A stretch of 64,000 nucleotides of DNA from Candidatus Kapaibacterium sp. (GTDB lineage: Bacteria; Bacteroidota; Ignavibacteria; Kapaibacteriales; NICIL-2), in NCBI GenBank assembly GCA_026003475.1, contig BPHJ01000001.1, forward strand, positions 741,189-805,188, given 5' to 3'. Positions within the stretch are counted from its first letter, which is position 1; every line of letters starts with the position of its first letter. The position numbers and the translations under genes are program-made. The notes beneath the pieces were generated by a model that was not told the DNA's origin, searched no databases, and saw nothing but the letters and a program-made list of their open reading frames with translations. Shown one piece after another: positions 56,161-64,000 of the stretch.

Positions 56161-56709
56161 ATGAGTTCGCCACTAATTCTCCCGTACGGTACCGCCCGAC
56201 CACAGCTCCACCCGATGGCAGTTGTGCTTCCAGGGAGCGTCATCGCTGGTGATGTCGCGATCGGAGAGTTTTCGTCGGTGTGGTTCAATTGTGTCGTCCG
56301 TGGGGATGTTCACTCGATTTGTATTGGAGCACGAACAAATATCCAGGACCTTTCGATGCTGCATGTAACCAACGGCAAGTTTGCCCTCTCGATCGGGGAT
56401 GAGGTAACTATTGGCCACAGGGCGATTGTGCACGGCTGTACCGTCGAAAGTCAGGTACTTGTCGGGATGGGTGCGGTGCTTCTCGATGGTTGTGTTGTAT
56501 CGTCGCGCTCGATTGTTGCAGCCGGCTCGGTGGTCAGAGAAGGGCAACAGATTCCGTCTGGCGTACTCGCTGCTGGCGTACCAGCTCGCATCGTTCGTGA
56601 ATTGACGCCAGAAGAACAAGATTCGATTGCAGCAATCGCAGCACAGTATGTTGGGTATGCGCAGAATTATGCAGAGCTCATTCGTAAATCAATCGCTGAG
56701 CATCCATGA
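56161..56709 (+). CDS. Gamma-class carbonic anhydrase family / hexapeptide-repeat protein (YrdA/PaaY-like). The ORF track starts at 56131.
   Basis: Left-handed beta-helix repeats with the His triad context (VRGDVHSICIGARTNIQD...HRAIVHGCTV). Confidence 0.8.
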   Translation: MSSPLILPYGTARPQLHPMAVVLPGSVIAGDVAIGEFSSVWFNCVVRGDVHSICIGARTNIQDLSMLHVTNGKFALSIGDEVTIGHRAIVHGCTVESQVLVGMGAVLLDGCVVSSRSIVAAGSVVREGQQIPSGVLAAGVPARIVRELTPEEQDSIAAIAAQYVGYAQNYAELIRKSIAEHP

Positions 56710-57599
56710 GCGACCTTGCCGGCACAGCGCTGAAAAGAGCTCGCGCCCTTCTTGAGCATCTCCACAGAATAAGCGGTGGCTATATCCTCGCACCGGCCAC
56801 GGACGCCACCGTTCGCTGTGAATCTGCCTCTCCGGCAATCAACCCTCCAAACTCTGCTTCAACGGTAGCAACCAATCCACCAGAGGTGATGCACACAAAC
56901 GCCAATGATCCAGCAATGCAATCAAGCCACTTGACAAGGATGCCGTTCCGACTCGACGTTGCATCCCGCATTCACTCCGACACGATTTTCGCCAGTGAAA
57001 ACGATTTCAACACAGCGCAATCACTCGAGGAGCTCTACGACCGCATCCACACCTGCACCAAATGCCCGTTGGGGGCGACGCGAACGAAGTTTGTCTTTGG
57101 CAGTGGTAACCCACATGCAGAGATTGTCTTCATTGGTGAGGCACCCGGTGCCGACGAAGACCAACAAGGTGAGCCTTTTGTTGGTCGCGCCGGACAGCTG
57201 CTCACCAAGATTCTAGCTGCAATTGAGCTGGACCGCCGTCAAGTGTACATCTGCAACATTCTCAAGTGTCGTCCGCCCGGTAATCGGCGGCCGCTGCCAA
57301 CGGAAGCGGAACAGTGCGAGCCATACCTATACAAACAGCTCCAGCTTATCAATCCACCATTCCTTGTGGCGCTGGGGTTGACGGCAGCGGAGACTCTCCT
57401 ACGGCGGAAGCTCAAAATGGCAGACGCACGCGGGCAGTGGTACAACTTCTACGGTGGCCGCCTGCTGGTAACCTATCACCCAGCAGCACTCCTGCGGAAT
57501 CCCGAACTCAAGCGTGATACGTGGGAAGATGTCAAACGGCTCCGCGCTGCCTACGACACGTATCGCTCAACAGGAATGTTACCCGAACCAACCAGCTAA
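56706..57599 (+). CDS. Uracil-DNA glycosylase family 4, with a ~100-aa low-complexity N-terminal extension
   Basis: Core [50 protein letters not shown]...HPAALLRNP (the 4Fe-4S Cys pattern of family-4 UDG). The start overlaps the previous stop (ATGA). Confidence 0.8.
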   Translation: MSDLAGTALKRARALLEHLHRISGGYILAPATDATVRCESASPAINPPNSASTVATNPPEVMHTNANDPAMQSSHLTRMPFRLDVASRIHSDTIFASENDFNTAQSLEELYDRIHTCTKCPLGATRTKFVFGSGNPHAEIVFIGEAPGADEDQQGEPFVGRAGQLLTKILAAIELDRRQVYICNILKCRPPGNRRPLPTEAEQCEPYLYKQLQLINPPFLVALGLTAAETLLRRKLKMADARGQWYNFYGGRLLVTYHPAALLRNPELKRDTWEDVKRLRAAYDTYRSTGMLPEPTS

Positions 57600-57610
57600 G
57601 GAAGCACACC

Positions 57611-58618
57611 ATGAAAACAATCGGTGTCCTCATGGGCGGTATCTCGCCCGAACGGTACATCTCTTTTCGTAGCGGATGGGCTGTTGCCTCTGCAATCGAA
57701 GCTCTTGGGTATCGCGTGCGACGGATTGACCCAGCCAATGGTGCAGAAGGACTGATCGAATCATTTCCACCTATCCCAGACCATGCACCAACCGAGGAAG
57801 AACTTGCGCGCTATCAACCACAAGCGTACATTGCCTGTGTGACCAGCCCACTGGTGACTGAATGCGATCTTGTGGTCAACATGTTGCACGGTCCCTATGG
57901 GGAAGATGGCATCATGCAGACGCTGCTGGAGCTGTGCCACATTCCTTTTGTAGGCAGTTCTGCGCTTGCATGTCGCTTAGCAATGGACAAAGCGCGCGCA
58001 AAACTTCTCTTTACCGCAGCAGGCGTTCCAACTCCAGCTTGGCTAACCCTGGATCAAGGAACCGAACTGACAACCGAACTGCTGGGCGAACTCCGGCAAC
58101 AATTCCGCCGCGGCATGGTAGTCAAGCCAAACTGTGGTGGCTCGACCATCGGCATTAGCATTGTTACCAGTGGTAATTTCGACGACATCGAAATGGCACT
58201 CCAAACTGCGTGGAAATTCGACCGCACCGCGCTGGTTGAAGCCTACATCCCCGGCCGCGAGTTAACGGTGGCAATTGTTGCTGGCCGCACGCTGCCAATA
58301 ACCGAAATCATTCCCCACGATGGCTTCTACGACTATGCGCACAAGTACACGCCTGGTATGACCGACTACATTGTCCCCGCTGAGCTCGACGAAACGATTG
58401 AAGAATTTGTCGCTACGCTTGCGCTGTCTGCGCACCAGGTGCTCGGCTGCAGCGGTATTACCCGTGTGGATTTCCGGCTCGACGAGGACGGCTCCCCGTG
58501 GTGTCTGGAAGTCAATACCATTCCTGGCATGACCGAAACAAGTCTTGTACCCAAAGCCGCCGCCGCCGCCGGTATGTCGCTCGGCCAATTGTGTCAACTG
58601 TTGATCGAGGCACGCTAA
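57611..58618 (+). CDS. ddl: D-alanine--D-alanine ligase. The ORF track starts at 57521.
   Basis: MKTIGVLMGGISPERYISFRSGWAVASAIEALGY...VNMLHGPYGEDG...ATP-grasp C-terminus (EVNTIPGMTETSLVP). Confidence 0.9.
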   Translation: MKTIGVLMGGISPERYISFRSGWAVASAIEALGYRVRRIDPANGAEGLIESFPPIPDHAPTEEELARYQPQAYIACVTSPLVTECDLVVNMLHGPYGEDGIMQTLLELCHIPFVGSSALACRLAMDKARAKLLFTAAGVPTPAWLTLDQGTELTTELLGELRQQFRRGMVVKPNCGGSTIGISIVTSGNFDDIEMALQTAWKFDRTALVEAYIPGRELTVAIVAGRTLPITEIIPHDGFYDYAHKYTPGMTDYIVPAELDETIEEFVATLALSAHQVLGCSGITRVDFRLDEDGSPWCLEVNTIPGMTETSLVPKAAAAAGMSLGQLCQLLIEAR

Positions 58619-59694
58619 TGGCACGCTCTCTCCAACTTCTCGGCCTGGGCAATGCGTTGGTGGATATCGAGTTCACTGTTCGTGATGAGGAACTCCGTGC
58701 AACAGGATTACGAAAAGGTGGGATGACGCTCGTTGATAGCGCAGCACAGCAGACATTGTTGCATACGCTACTTCTGAACCATCGCGGGCGTCTTTCAAGC
58801 GGTGGATCAGCAGCCAATACTATCGTCGCATTTGCGCAATTCGGTGGTACGGGTGGATACATGTCGGCGCTCGGTCAAGATGAGCACGGCGATTTCTTCG
58901 CGGGTGAGTTCGCCCAACTTGGTATCGCCCTCTTCGCCGAACGGATTACCAATGAACCAACGGGAACCTGCGTCGTCCTCGTCACCGAAGACGGTGAGCG
59001 CACAATGCAGACCTGCCTTGCAGCAAGTGATTGCTTTAACCGTGCAATGCTCGATCGGCGAGCAATCGAACACGCTGAGTGGCTCTACGTCGAAGGGTAC
59101 AAACTCACCAGCCCTCATGGTGCGGAAGCTGCCCGGGAAGCCATCTATCTTGCTCGGAAAGAGGGAGTCCGCGTCGCGCTGAGTTTTTCCGATGCGTTCG
59201 TTGTTACAAGTTGCCGAGAGCATATCAAATTCCTCCTACACGAGGTGGATATGGTGTTCTGCAACGACCGCGAAGCCTGTGCGTACTTCGATACCGACAA
59301 TCCCAACGACGCCTTTGCCGAACTCTGCGGACAAATTCCGAATGTGGTGTTCACACTTGGTCCGCACGGTTCGATGGTTCGGGTCGAGGGAGTCCAAGCG
59401 CGAATACCTGCATACCCAACGACAGTCGTTGATACCAACGGTGCCGGGGACATGTACGCAGGAGCATTTCTCTACGGGTTACTTCACGGGTGGGGGGTTG
59501 AGCGTTCGGGTCATGCGGCATCGAGTGCGGCAGCGCAGATCGTTGCTCAGTACGGCGCACGTTATCACGGGGACCACCGCAGATTGATCGGTAACGGTCT
59601 GGATGTTCAGCGAATCGGCGAGTCGGTAGTGGGCAATGACTCCCCACCAAACCCAGCAAGGAGTTCCCCAAGGGAGTTCTCGAGCGATTTGTAG
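58618..59694 (+). CDS. PfkB-family carbohydrate/nucleoside kinase (adenosine kinase-like). The ORF track starts at 58498.
   Basis: LLGLGNALVDIEF N-terminus and the DTNGAGDMYAGAFLYGL anion-hole motif. The ATG overlaps the ddl stop (TAATG). Confidence 0.8.
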   Translation: MARSLQLLGLGNALVDIEFTVRDEELRATGLRKGGMTLVDSAAQQTLLHTLLLNHRGRLSSGGSAANTIVAFAQFGGTGGYMSALGQDEHGDFFAGEFAQLGIALFAERITNEPTGTCVVLVTEDGERTMQTCLAASDCFNRAMLDRRAIEHAEWLYVEGYKLTSPHGAEAAREAIYLARKEGVRVALSFSDAFVVTSCREHIKFLLHEVDMVFCNDREACAYFDTDNPNDAFAELCGQIPNVVFTLGPHGSMVRVEGVQARIPAYPTTVVDTNGAGDMYAGAFLYGLLHGWGVERSGHAASSAAAQIVAQYGARYHGDHRRLIGNGLDVQRIGESVVGNDSPPNPARSSPREFSSDL

Positions 59695-61355
59695 AACCCA
59701 ACACTATTGCCATTCCAGAGAGCAGCAAAAAGCAGGCGTTCTCCATCGGTAGAGCGGACTATGCCCGCAAGTCCACTGACATTCCGATGCGTTCCCGTTT
59801 TCGCACGGAGATTGTTCTCGGCGGGAGTTCTCCGCATTCGCCGCAAGAGGGTTCCTTCCTGTCCAGCAACCGACAACGAATTGAAAAACTGCTCACCCCA
59901 CGGTTGACGGGCGCTATATCGAAGCAGACCAATCAGGGAAGTAACCGTTACACGATTCCGACGTGAAAGTCCCGATCCATCGTACAACACGCAGCCATCG
60001 CTTGGTACCCCAATCGTATCCAGCAGTTGTGCAACGGTGCGATACGCGTGGACATTACACTGCGTATTTCCACAGCAATATGCTCCGAGAATTTTCATTA
60101 CGTGCTCGGCAATGAAGTTGTCGCTGTTCTTGTTGCATTGCTCGACCAACGCCGAAATCGGGCGTTCCCATGCAGCAAGCTCAGTAACAGTTGACGGAGT
60201 CGCGCCTGTGGTAACTCGTCCATCGAAAGCAATGCCGCTTGCGGTAAGGCAACGCTCGAACGCTCCAGCAACAACCAACGGCGGATTGAGCATTGTCACC
60301 GTAACGGACACGCTCGATTGTGTGCGGGGCATACCCAAAACATGGATCTGCTGTACGCCGCCATCGGTGAGCGTCGAAGTTACGCGAACAGGTTGGATAG
60401 CAGCGGTGCGCCGGCTGCGACGCGGCTTCTGTCTCATCACAAGCAGATCGCCATAACGCTGGCGCTTCCTTGATGGTCTGCGCATTTTGGGTGATGGTAA
60501 CGAAGGTATCGCGGACCACTGAACAGAAATCCCACTGCCAGCAGGGAAAGTTTGCACGCGGGCTCGGTTCCCAGCCGCCCGCGAGATTAGGACTGTAATG
60601 CGATTGCCTTCAAGTCCGAGCGCTGTAATTAGGGGAAGATTTTCCATCCGCTCCGCATCGCCGCTGTACTCCTGACGATCGGTAATCGGATCGAAGTACG
60701 ATGCATCCGCGATGATTGAGCCACGAACGCGACGCACACCAAGAGCACGGAGTTTCTCCGCTAGTACCTCGAGCTCACTAACGGTGAGCAAACAATCGCC
60801 ATGCCCGATAATGTACAGGTTCCCAGTGAGCGTTCCATTGTGGATTGCTCCATCGGTCGCCAGTACGGTGCGCACAGGGTAGGTTGGCCCCATCGTCGCG
60901 TAGGCAGCAGCAGTGTAGTAAAGCTTTGTGAGCGAAGCAGGAACAAGCAGCTCCTGTGCACCACGTGAGAAGAGTGTTGTATCACGATCGAGCGAATACA
61001 CAACCAATCCAAACCGTGTCCGCCGCAATGGCGGAGATGTCAGTAGCTGTTGGATTTGCTCAACAAGTCCGTCGTATCGACCTTTTGCAGTGTTTGCTGG
61101 CGTGGAATTATCGACGTAAGGATGATGGATGCTGTTGGATGGAGCACGTCGAGCCAACGCTGCTTCCGAAAGCACCAAAGACGTGCTCTGTTGTGCGTCG
61201 TGCTCAGTGGTACTGAACCGCTGGAAAGATTTGCCGAGTGTCCACCCAGCAACGAGGAACACCGCAACAGACACAATTGCTGCCGAGCACAGTACTGCAT
61301 GGTTGGTGGAATGCTGTGCACGTGTGTACCGGAGCATCGAGCGCAACGACATCAT
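59607..61355 (-). CDS. dacB: D-alanyl-D-alanine carboxypeptidase/endopeptidase (PBP4, peptidase S13)
   Basis: SxxK (PASLTKLYYT), SxN (NKNSDNFIAEHV) and KTG (RAKTGTHRNVSGLAGIV) motifs; signal-anchor N-terminus. At 582 aa it is longer than E. coli PBP4. Confidence 0.8.
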   Translation of the reverse strand: MMSLRSMLRYTRAQHSTNHAVLCSAAIVSVAVFLVAGWTLGKSFQRFSTTEHDAQQSTSLVLSEAALARRAPSNSIHHPYVDNSTPANTAKGRYDGLVEQIQQLLTSPPLRRTRFGLVVYSLDRDTTLFSRGAQELLVPASLTKLYYTAAAYATMGPTYPVRTVLATDGAIHNGTLTGNLYIIGHGDCLLTVSELEVLAEKLRALGVRRVRGSIIADASYFDPITDRQEYSGDAERMENLPLITALGLEGNRITVLISRAAGNRARVQTFPAGSGISVQWSAIPSLPSPKMRRPSRKRQRYGDLLVMRQKPRRSRRTAAIQPVRVTSTLTDGGVQQIHVLGMPRTQSSVSVTVTMLNPPLVVAGAFERCLTASGIAFDGRVTTGATPSTVTELAAWERPISALVEQCNKNSDNFIAEHVMKILGAYCCGNTQCNVHAYRTVAQLLDTIGVPSDGCVLYDGSGLSRRNRVTVTSLIGLLRYSARQPWGEQFFNSLSVAGQEGTLLRRMRRTPAENNLRAKTGTHRNVSGLAGIVRSTDGERLLFAALWNGNSVGFYKSLENSLGELLAGFGGESLPTTDSPIR

Positions 61356-62719
61356 CGCGTCAGGTCGTTGTAGAACACAATCACCATGAGCGCAAGGATC
61401 AAGGCCATCCCGATCTGCTGGTATGCAAGCTTGACCTTTGTGGGAATTTCTCGCCGAAGGACACCCTCGATGAGCACCAGCACTAAGTGTCCACCGTCGA
61501 GAGCGGGAATTGGCAGTGCGTTCATTACCGCAAGAGTCAGCGACATGATTGCCATGAAACTCAAGAATGCAGCCGCACCAACATCAGCCGTTTGGGTTGC
61601 CATGCGTGCGATCATAATCGGTCCGCCAGCAGATTGCTTGAGCGATTGTTCGCCAGTAATGAGCATCTCGATGGAACGGAACAGCATGACTGTGTAGGAC
61701 CAGAGCTGTTCAGCACCGGCGCGTGCAGCCTCACCGATGGAGTAGTGGGTGGTGATGACTTCCCCTGTGATGGCATTCGACACCTGGACACCAATCTTGC
61801 CATCGGCATCGGGTGTGATGGTTGTGCGATGGACGCCGTCGCTTCGTTTGTAAACCAGCACTGCAGGCGTGTTCTTTCGAGCCTGAAGTTGTTCGATCAA
61901 CTGCTCCACCGAAGCCAGCGCCTGTCCATCGAGGGAAAGGAGCGTATCGCCTGGGTTCAAGCCCGCTTTACCGGCTGGACGGAGCGTTTCGACACCCAAG
62001 ACAACTGGTCGCATGCCATCGGGAACAATCCCCAAGTCAGGACGCTGGGAGATTGCCTGTCGCACATGCTGTGCCGGAAGGAGCAGGAGGGTGTCGCGCT
62101 CATTGCGGCGGACGGTGAGCTTGACATCGTGGCCGTAGGCACTACGCGCCAGATGCTGCAGAGCATCGCTGAACGTGGAAACAGGCTTCCCATTGATGCT
62201 GATGATTTCATCGCCAACACGAAGACCGAACTGTTGCGCAGCGGAATTCGGTGCAACGTAGGCGATGGTGCGTGTGGCAAGCTCTGTTTTCCCAACGGAA
62301 AACGTGACCCCTACCAGAATGCCCCAGGCAAGCACCAGGTTCATGGCAATGCCCCCAAGCACCATGAAGGCTTTTTGAGCGGTATTCTTTGCGCGGAACT
62401 CCCATGGTTGCGGCGGGGCAGCCGCGACTTCTGCATCGAGACTTTCATCAATCATCCCAGCGATTTTGACGTAGCCACCGATCGGGAGTAGCGACAGACG
62501 GTAGTCTGTGACGCCATCGGAACGCCATGTTGATGGAAGCGCACCCCAACGAAAGCCATCGCGCCGGTTCCAGCCGAAGAGACGCGGACCCATCCCAATG
62601 CTAAAAATTTCTGCACGCGTGCCGGTCAGCCTCGCAGCAAGAAAATGACCCAGCTCGTGCACGATAATCAAGGGAACAATCGCCAAGATGAAGTAGCCGA
62701 TGATCTGCAAAGTTTCCAT
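61352..62719 (-). CDS. rseP: RIP metalloprotease RseP (site-2 protease, M50 with PDZ)
   Basis: HELGHFLAA zinc site in TM1, a PDZ domain in the middle, and a C-terminal LDGGHLV motif. Confidence 0.9.
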   Translation of the reverse strand: METLQIIGYFILAIVPLIIVHELGHFLAARLTGTRAEIFSIGMGPRLFGWNRRDGFRWGALPSTWRSDGVTDYRLSLLPIGGYVKIAGMIDESLDAEVAAAPPQPWEFRAKNTAQKAFMVLGGIAMNLVLAWGILVGVTFSVGKTELATRTIAYVAPNSAAQQFGLRVGDEIISINGKPVSTFSDALQHLARSAYGHDVKLTVRRNERDTLLLLPAQHVRQAISQRPDLGIVPDGMRPVVLGVETLRPAGKAGLNPGDTLLSLDGQALASVEQLIEQLQARKNTPAVLVYKRSDGVHRTTITPDADGKIGVQVSNAITGEVITTHYSIGEAARAGAEQLWSYTVMLFRSIEMLITGEQSLKQSAGGPIMIARMATQTADVGAAAFLSFMAIMSLTLAVMNALPIPALDGGHLVLVLIEGVLRREIPTKVKLAYQQIGMALILALMVIVFYNDLTR

Positions 62720-63882
62720 TACAGGGGACGGGAGAGCTGTGAAACAACATCGCGCGCTCGTAAGCGTGCCTGCCGATCGAGTTCAATAAGCGCTGGCAAA
62801 GACGTCTGCTCATCCACGAGCATTGCATCGAGTGTGCGCTCGATGACGCGCGGAATATCGGTGAACGTGATTTGCTTGGTCAAAAATGCCTCGACGGCAA
62901 CTTCGTTGGCAGCATTGACAACAGCGGGGGCGGTGCCTCCAGCACGAAGCGCTTCGAGTGCAATGCGCAGACAGGGGAAGCGGGCAACGTCTGGTTGCTC
63001 GAACTCCAAGACGTGAAGATCTGCCCACGCAATGCGCGGTAACTGGGTGGGAAGCCGTCGCGGATAAGTGAGTGCATAGTGGATCGGCAGTCGCATGTCG
63101 GGCACTCCGAGCTGTGCCTTGACAGACCCATCGCAGAATTCAACCAATGAATGAACGATGCTCTGCGGATGAATCAATACCTCAATTTGATCCGGTTGTA
63201 GCCCGAAAAGCCAATGCGCCTCGATGACCTCAAAGCCTTTGTTCATAAGGGTTGCCGAGTCAATGGTGATCTTCGCGCCCATGCTCCACGTTGGATGTTG
63301 AAGCGCTTGCTCAGGGGTAACACGATCGAGCGCATCGAGGGGAAGTTTGCGGAAGGGTCCGCCACTGGCAGTCAGCACGATGCGTTCGATTGCCTCTGGC
63401 TGCTCACCGATAAGACACTGGACAATGGCGCTATGCTCACTGTCAACGGCAAGTATTGGCACGTTGCGCTGGCGAGCAGTTGTGGTGATGAGCTTACCAG
63501 CGACAACGAGCGTTTCCTTGTTCGCAAGAGCGATCGTCTTTCCTGCCTCGATCGCTGCCAACGTCGGTGCAACGCCAGCAAAGCCGACAAGGGCAGACAG
63601 GACGATATCGCACGAACTCCACGCTGCAGCTTGGCAGATGCCCTCGGAACCACAGAGGATCGGTCCGCGAAACGAACTCAACTGGCGGAAACGGTGGTAG
63701 GCTTCCTCCGACCTGATTGCAACGCCGTATGGCTGGTATCGTTCGACTTGTGCGCAGAGGAGCTCAACGTTACTGTTGGTTGTCAGAAAGCCCAGCCGGA
63801 CGTCCCGATGATAGTGTTCGACGACCTCGAGAGCCTGCTGCCCAATCGAACCAGTCGAACCAAGAATAGTCAGTGTTTTCAT
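62719..63882 (-). CDS. dxr: 1-deoxy-D-xylulose 5-phosphate reductoisomerase
   Basis: MKTLTILGSTGSIGQQALEVV N-terminus; LANKE; NAANEVAVEAFL C-terminal motif. Confidence 0.9.
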   Translation of the reverse strand: MKTLTILGSTGSIGQQALEVVEHYHRDVRLGFLTTNSNVELLCAQVERYQPYGVAIRSEEAYHRFRQLSSFRGPILCGSEGICQAAAWSSCDIVLSALVGFAGVAPTLAAIEAGKTIALANKETLVVAGKLITTTARQRNVPILAVDSEHSAIVQCLIGEQPEAIERIVLTASGGPFRKLPLDALDRVTPEQALQHPTWSMGAKITIDSATLMNKGFEVIEAHWLFGLQPDQIEVLIHPQSIVHSLVEFCDGSVKAQLGVPDMRLPIHYALTYPRRLPTQLPRIAWADLHVLEFEQPDVARFPCLRIALEALRAGGTAPAVVNAANEVAVEAFLTKQITFTDIPRVIERTLDAMLVDEQTSLPALIELDRQARLRARDVVSQLSRPL

Positions 63883-64000
63883 GGAATGGGCACTGTCGCT
63901 GTAACATCTTTCCCCGATCGAGACGAGATGATCCGGAAGCTGTGTTGTGGGAGGGCAGGATCGGGTTCAATTCGCAACCGAATAAAGTGCCGGACCATGA

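Noticed and set aside
1-64000. Search for CRISPR arrays, IS elements, transposases, integrases, toxin-antitoxin pairs and restriction-modification genes
   Set aside because: None were seen. There are no short regularly spaced direct repeats and no DDE, tyrosine or serine recombinase motifs in any frame. The window is core-chromosome-like throughout.

Overview
This is a roughly 55% GC, gene-dense chromosomal segment, mostly core housekeeping, from a bacterium of the Fibrobacteres-Chlorobi-Bacteroidetes (FCB) group, probably Bacteroidota-like. The lineage call rests on two things seen in the sequence: a type IX secretion (T9SS) porU-porV pair, and a recurring TAnnTTTG promoter-like motif 25-35 nt upstream of many start codons. 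I call about 57 CDS, 3 tRNAs and 2 intrinsic terminators. The main calls are recQ, rimM, gmhA, feoAB, dapA, dnaG, folK/folB, ptsH/ptsI, tsaC, gatA, two tatA-family genes, purQ/purS, psd-pssA, dnaN, uvrA, etfBA, dnaB, dsbD, fbaB, hbd, kbl, mnmA, folC, ddl, dacB, rseP, dxr, tRNA-Thr(TGT), tRNA-Met(CAT) and tRNA-Thr(CGT). I found no transposases, integrases, CRISPR arrays or long repeats. The less ordinary items are listed below.
- An AlbA_2/Schlafen-like DNA-binding protein overlaps and is probably co-translated with a long RecQ helicase that carries a C-terminal HTH.
- A membrane GAF-PP2C phosphatase, a STAS protein and an RsbW-like kinase form a partner-switching module with no sigma factor nearby.
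- A 424-bp intergenic region between dsbD and the T9SS porU-porV operon carries CCGGTG-containing palindromes at about 60-bp spacing.
- A strong GGAGG-ATG initiation site sits in the wrong frame just upstream of porV, which suggests a frameshift or a upstream ORF.
- An orphan ptsH-ptsI pair has no EII genes nearby, and a PyrK/NfnA-like flavoprotein has an unexplained N-terminal extension.
All coordinates were read from the printed sequence and may be off by 1-2 nt. Several ORF-track starts are GTG or TTG; I moved the start to an internal ATG where homology indicated.
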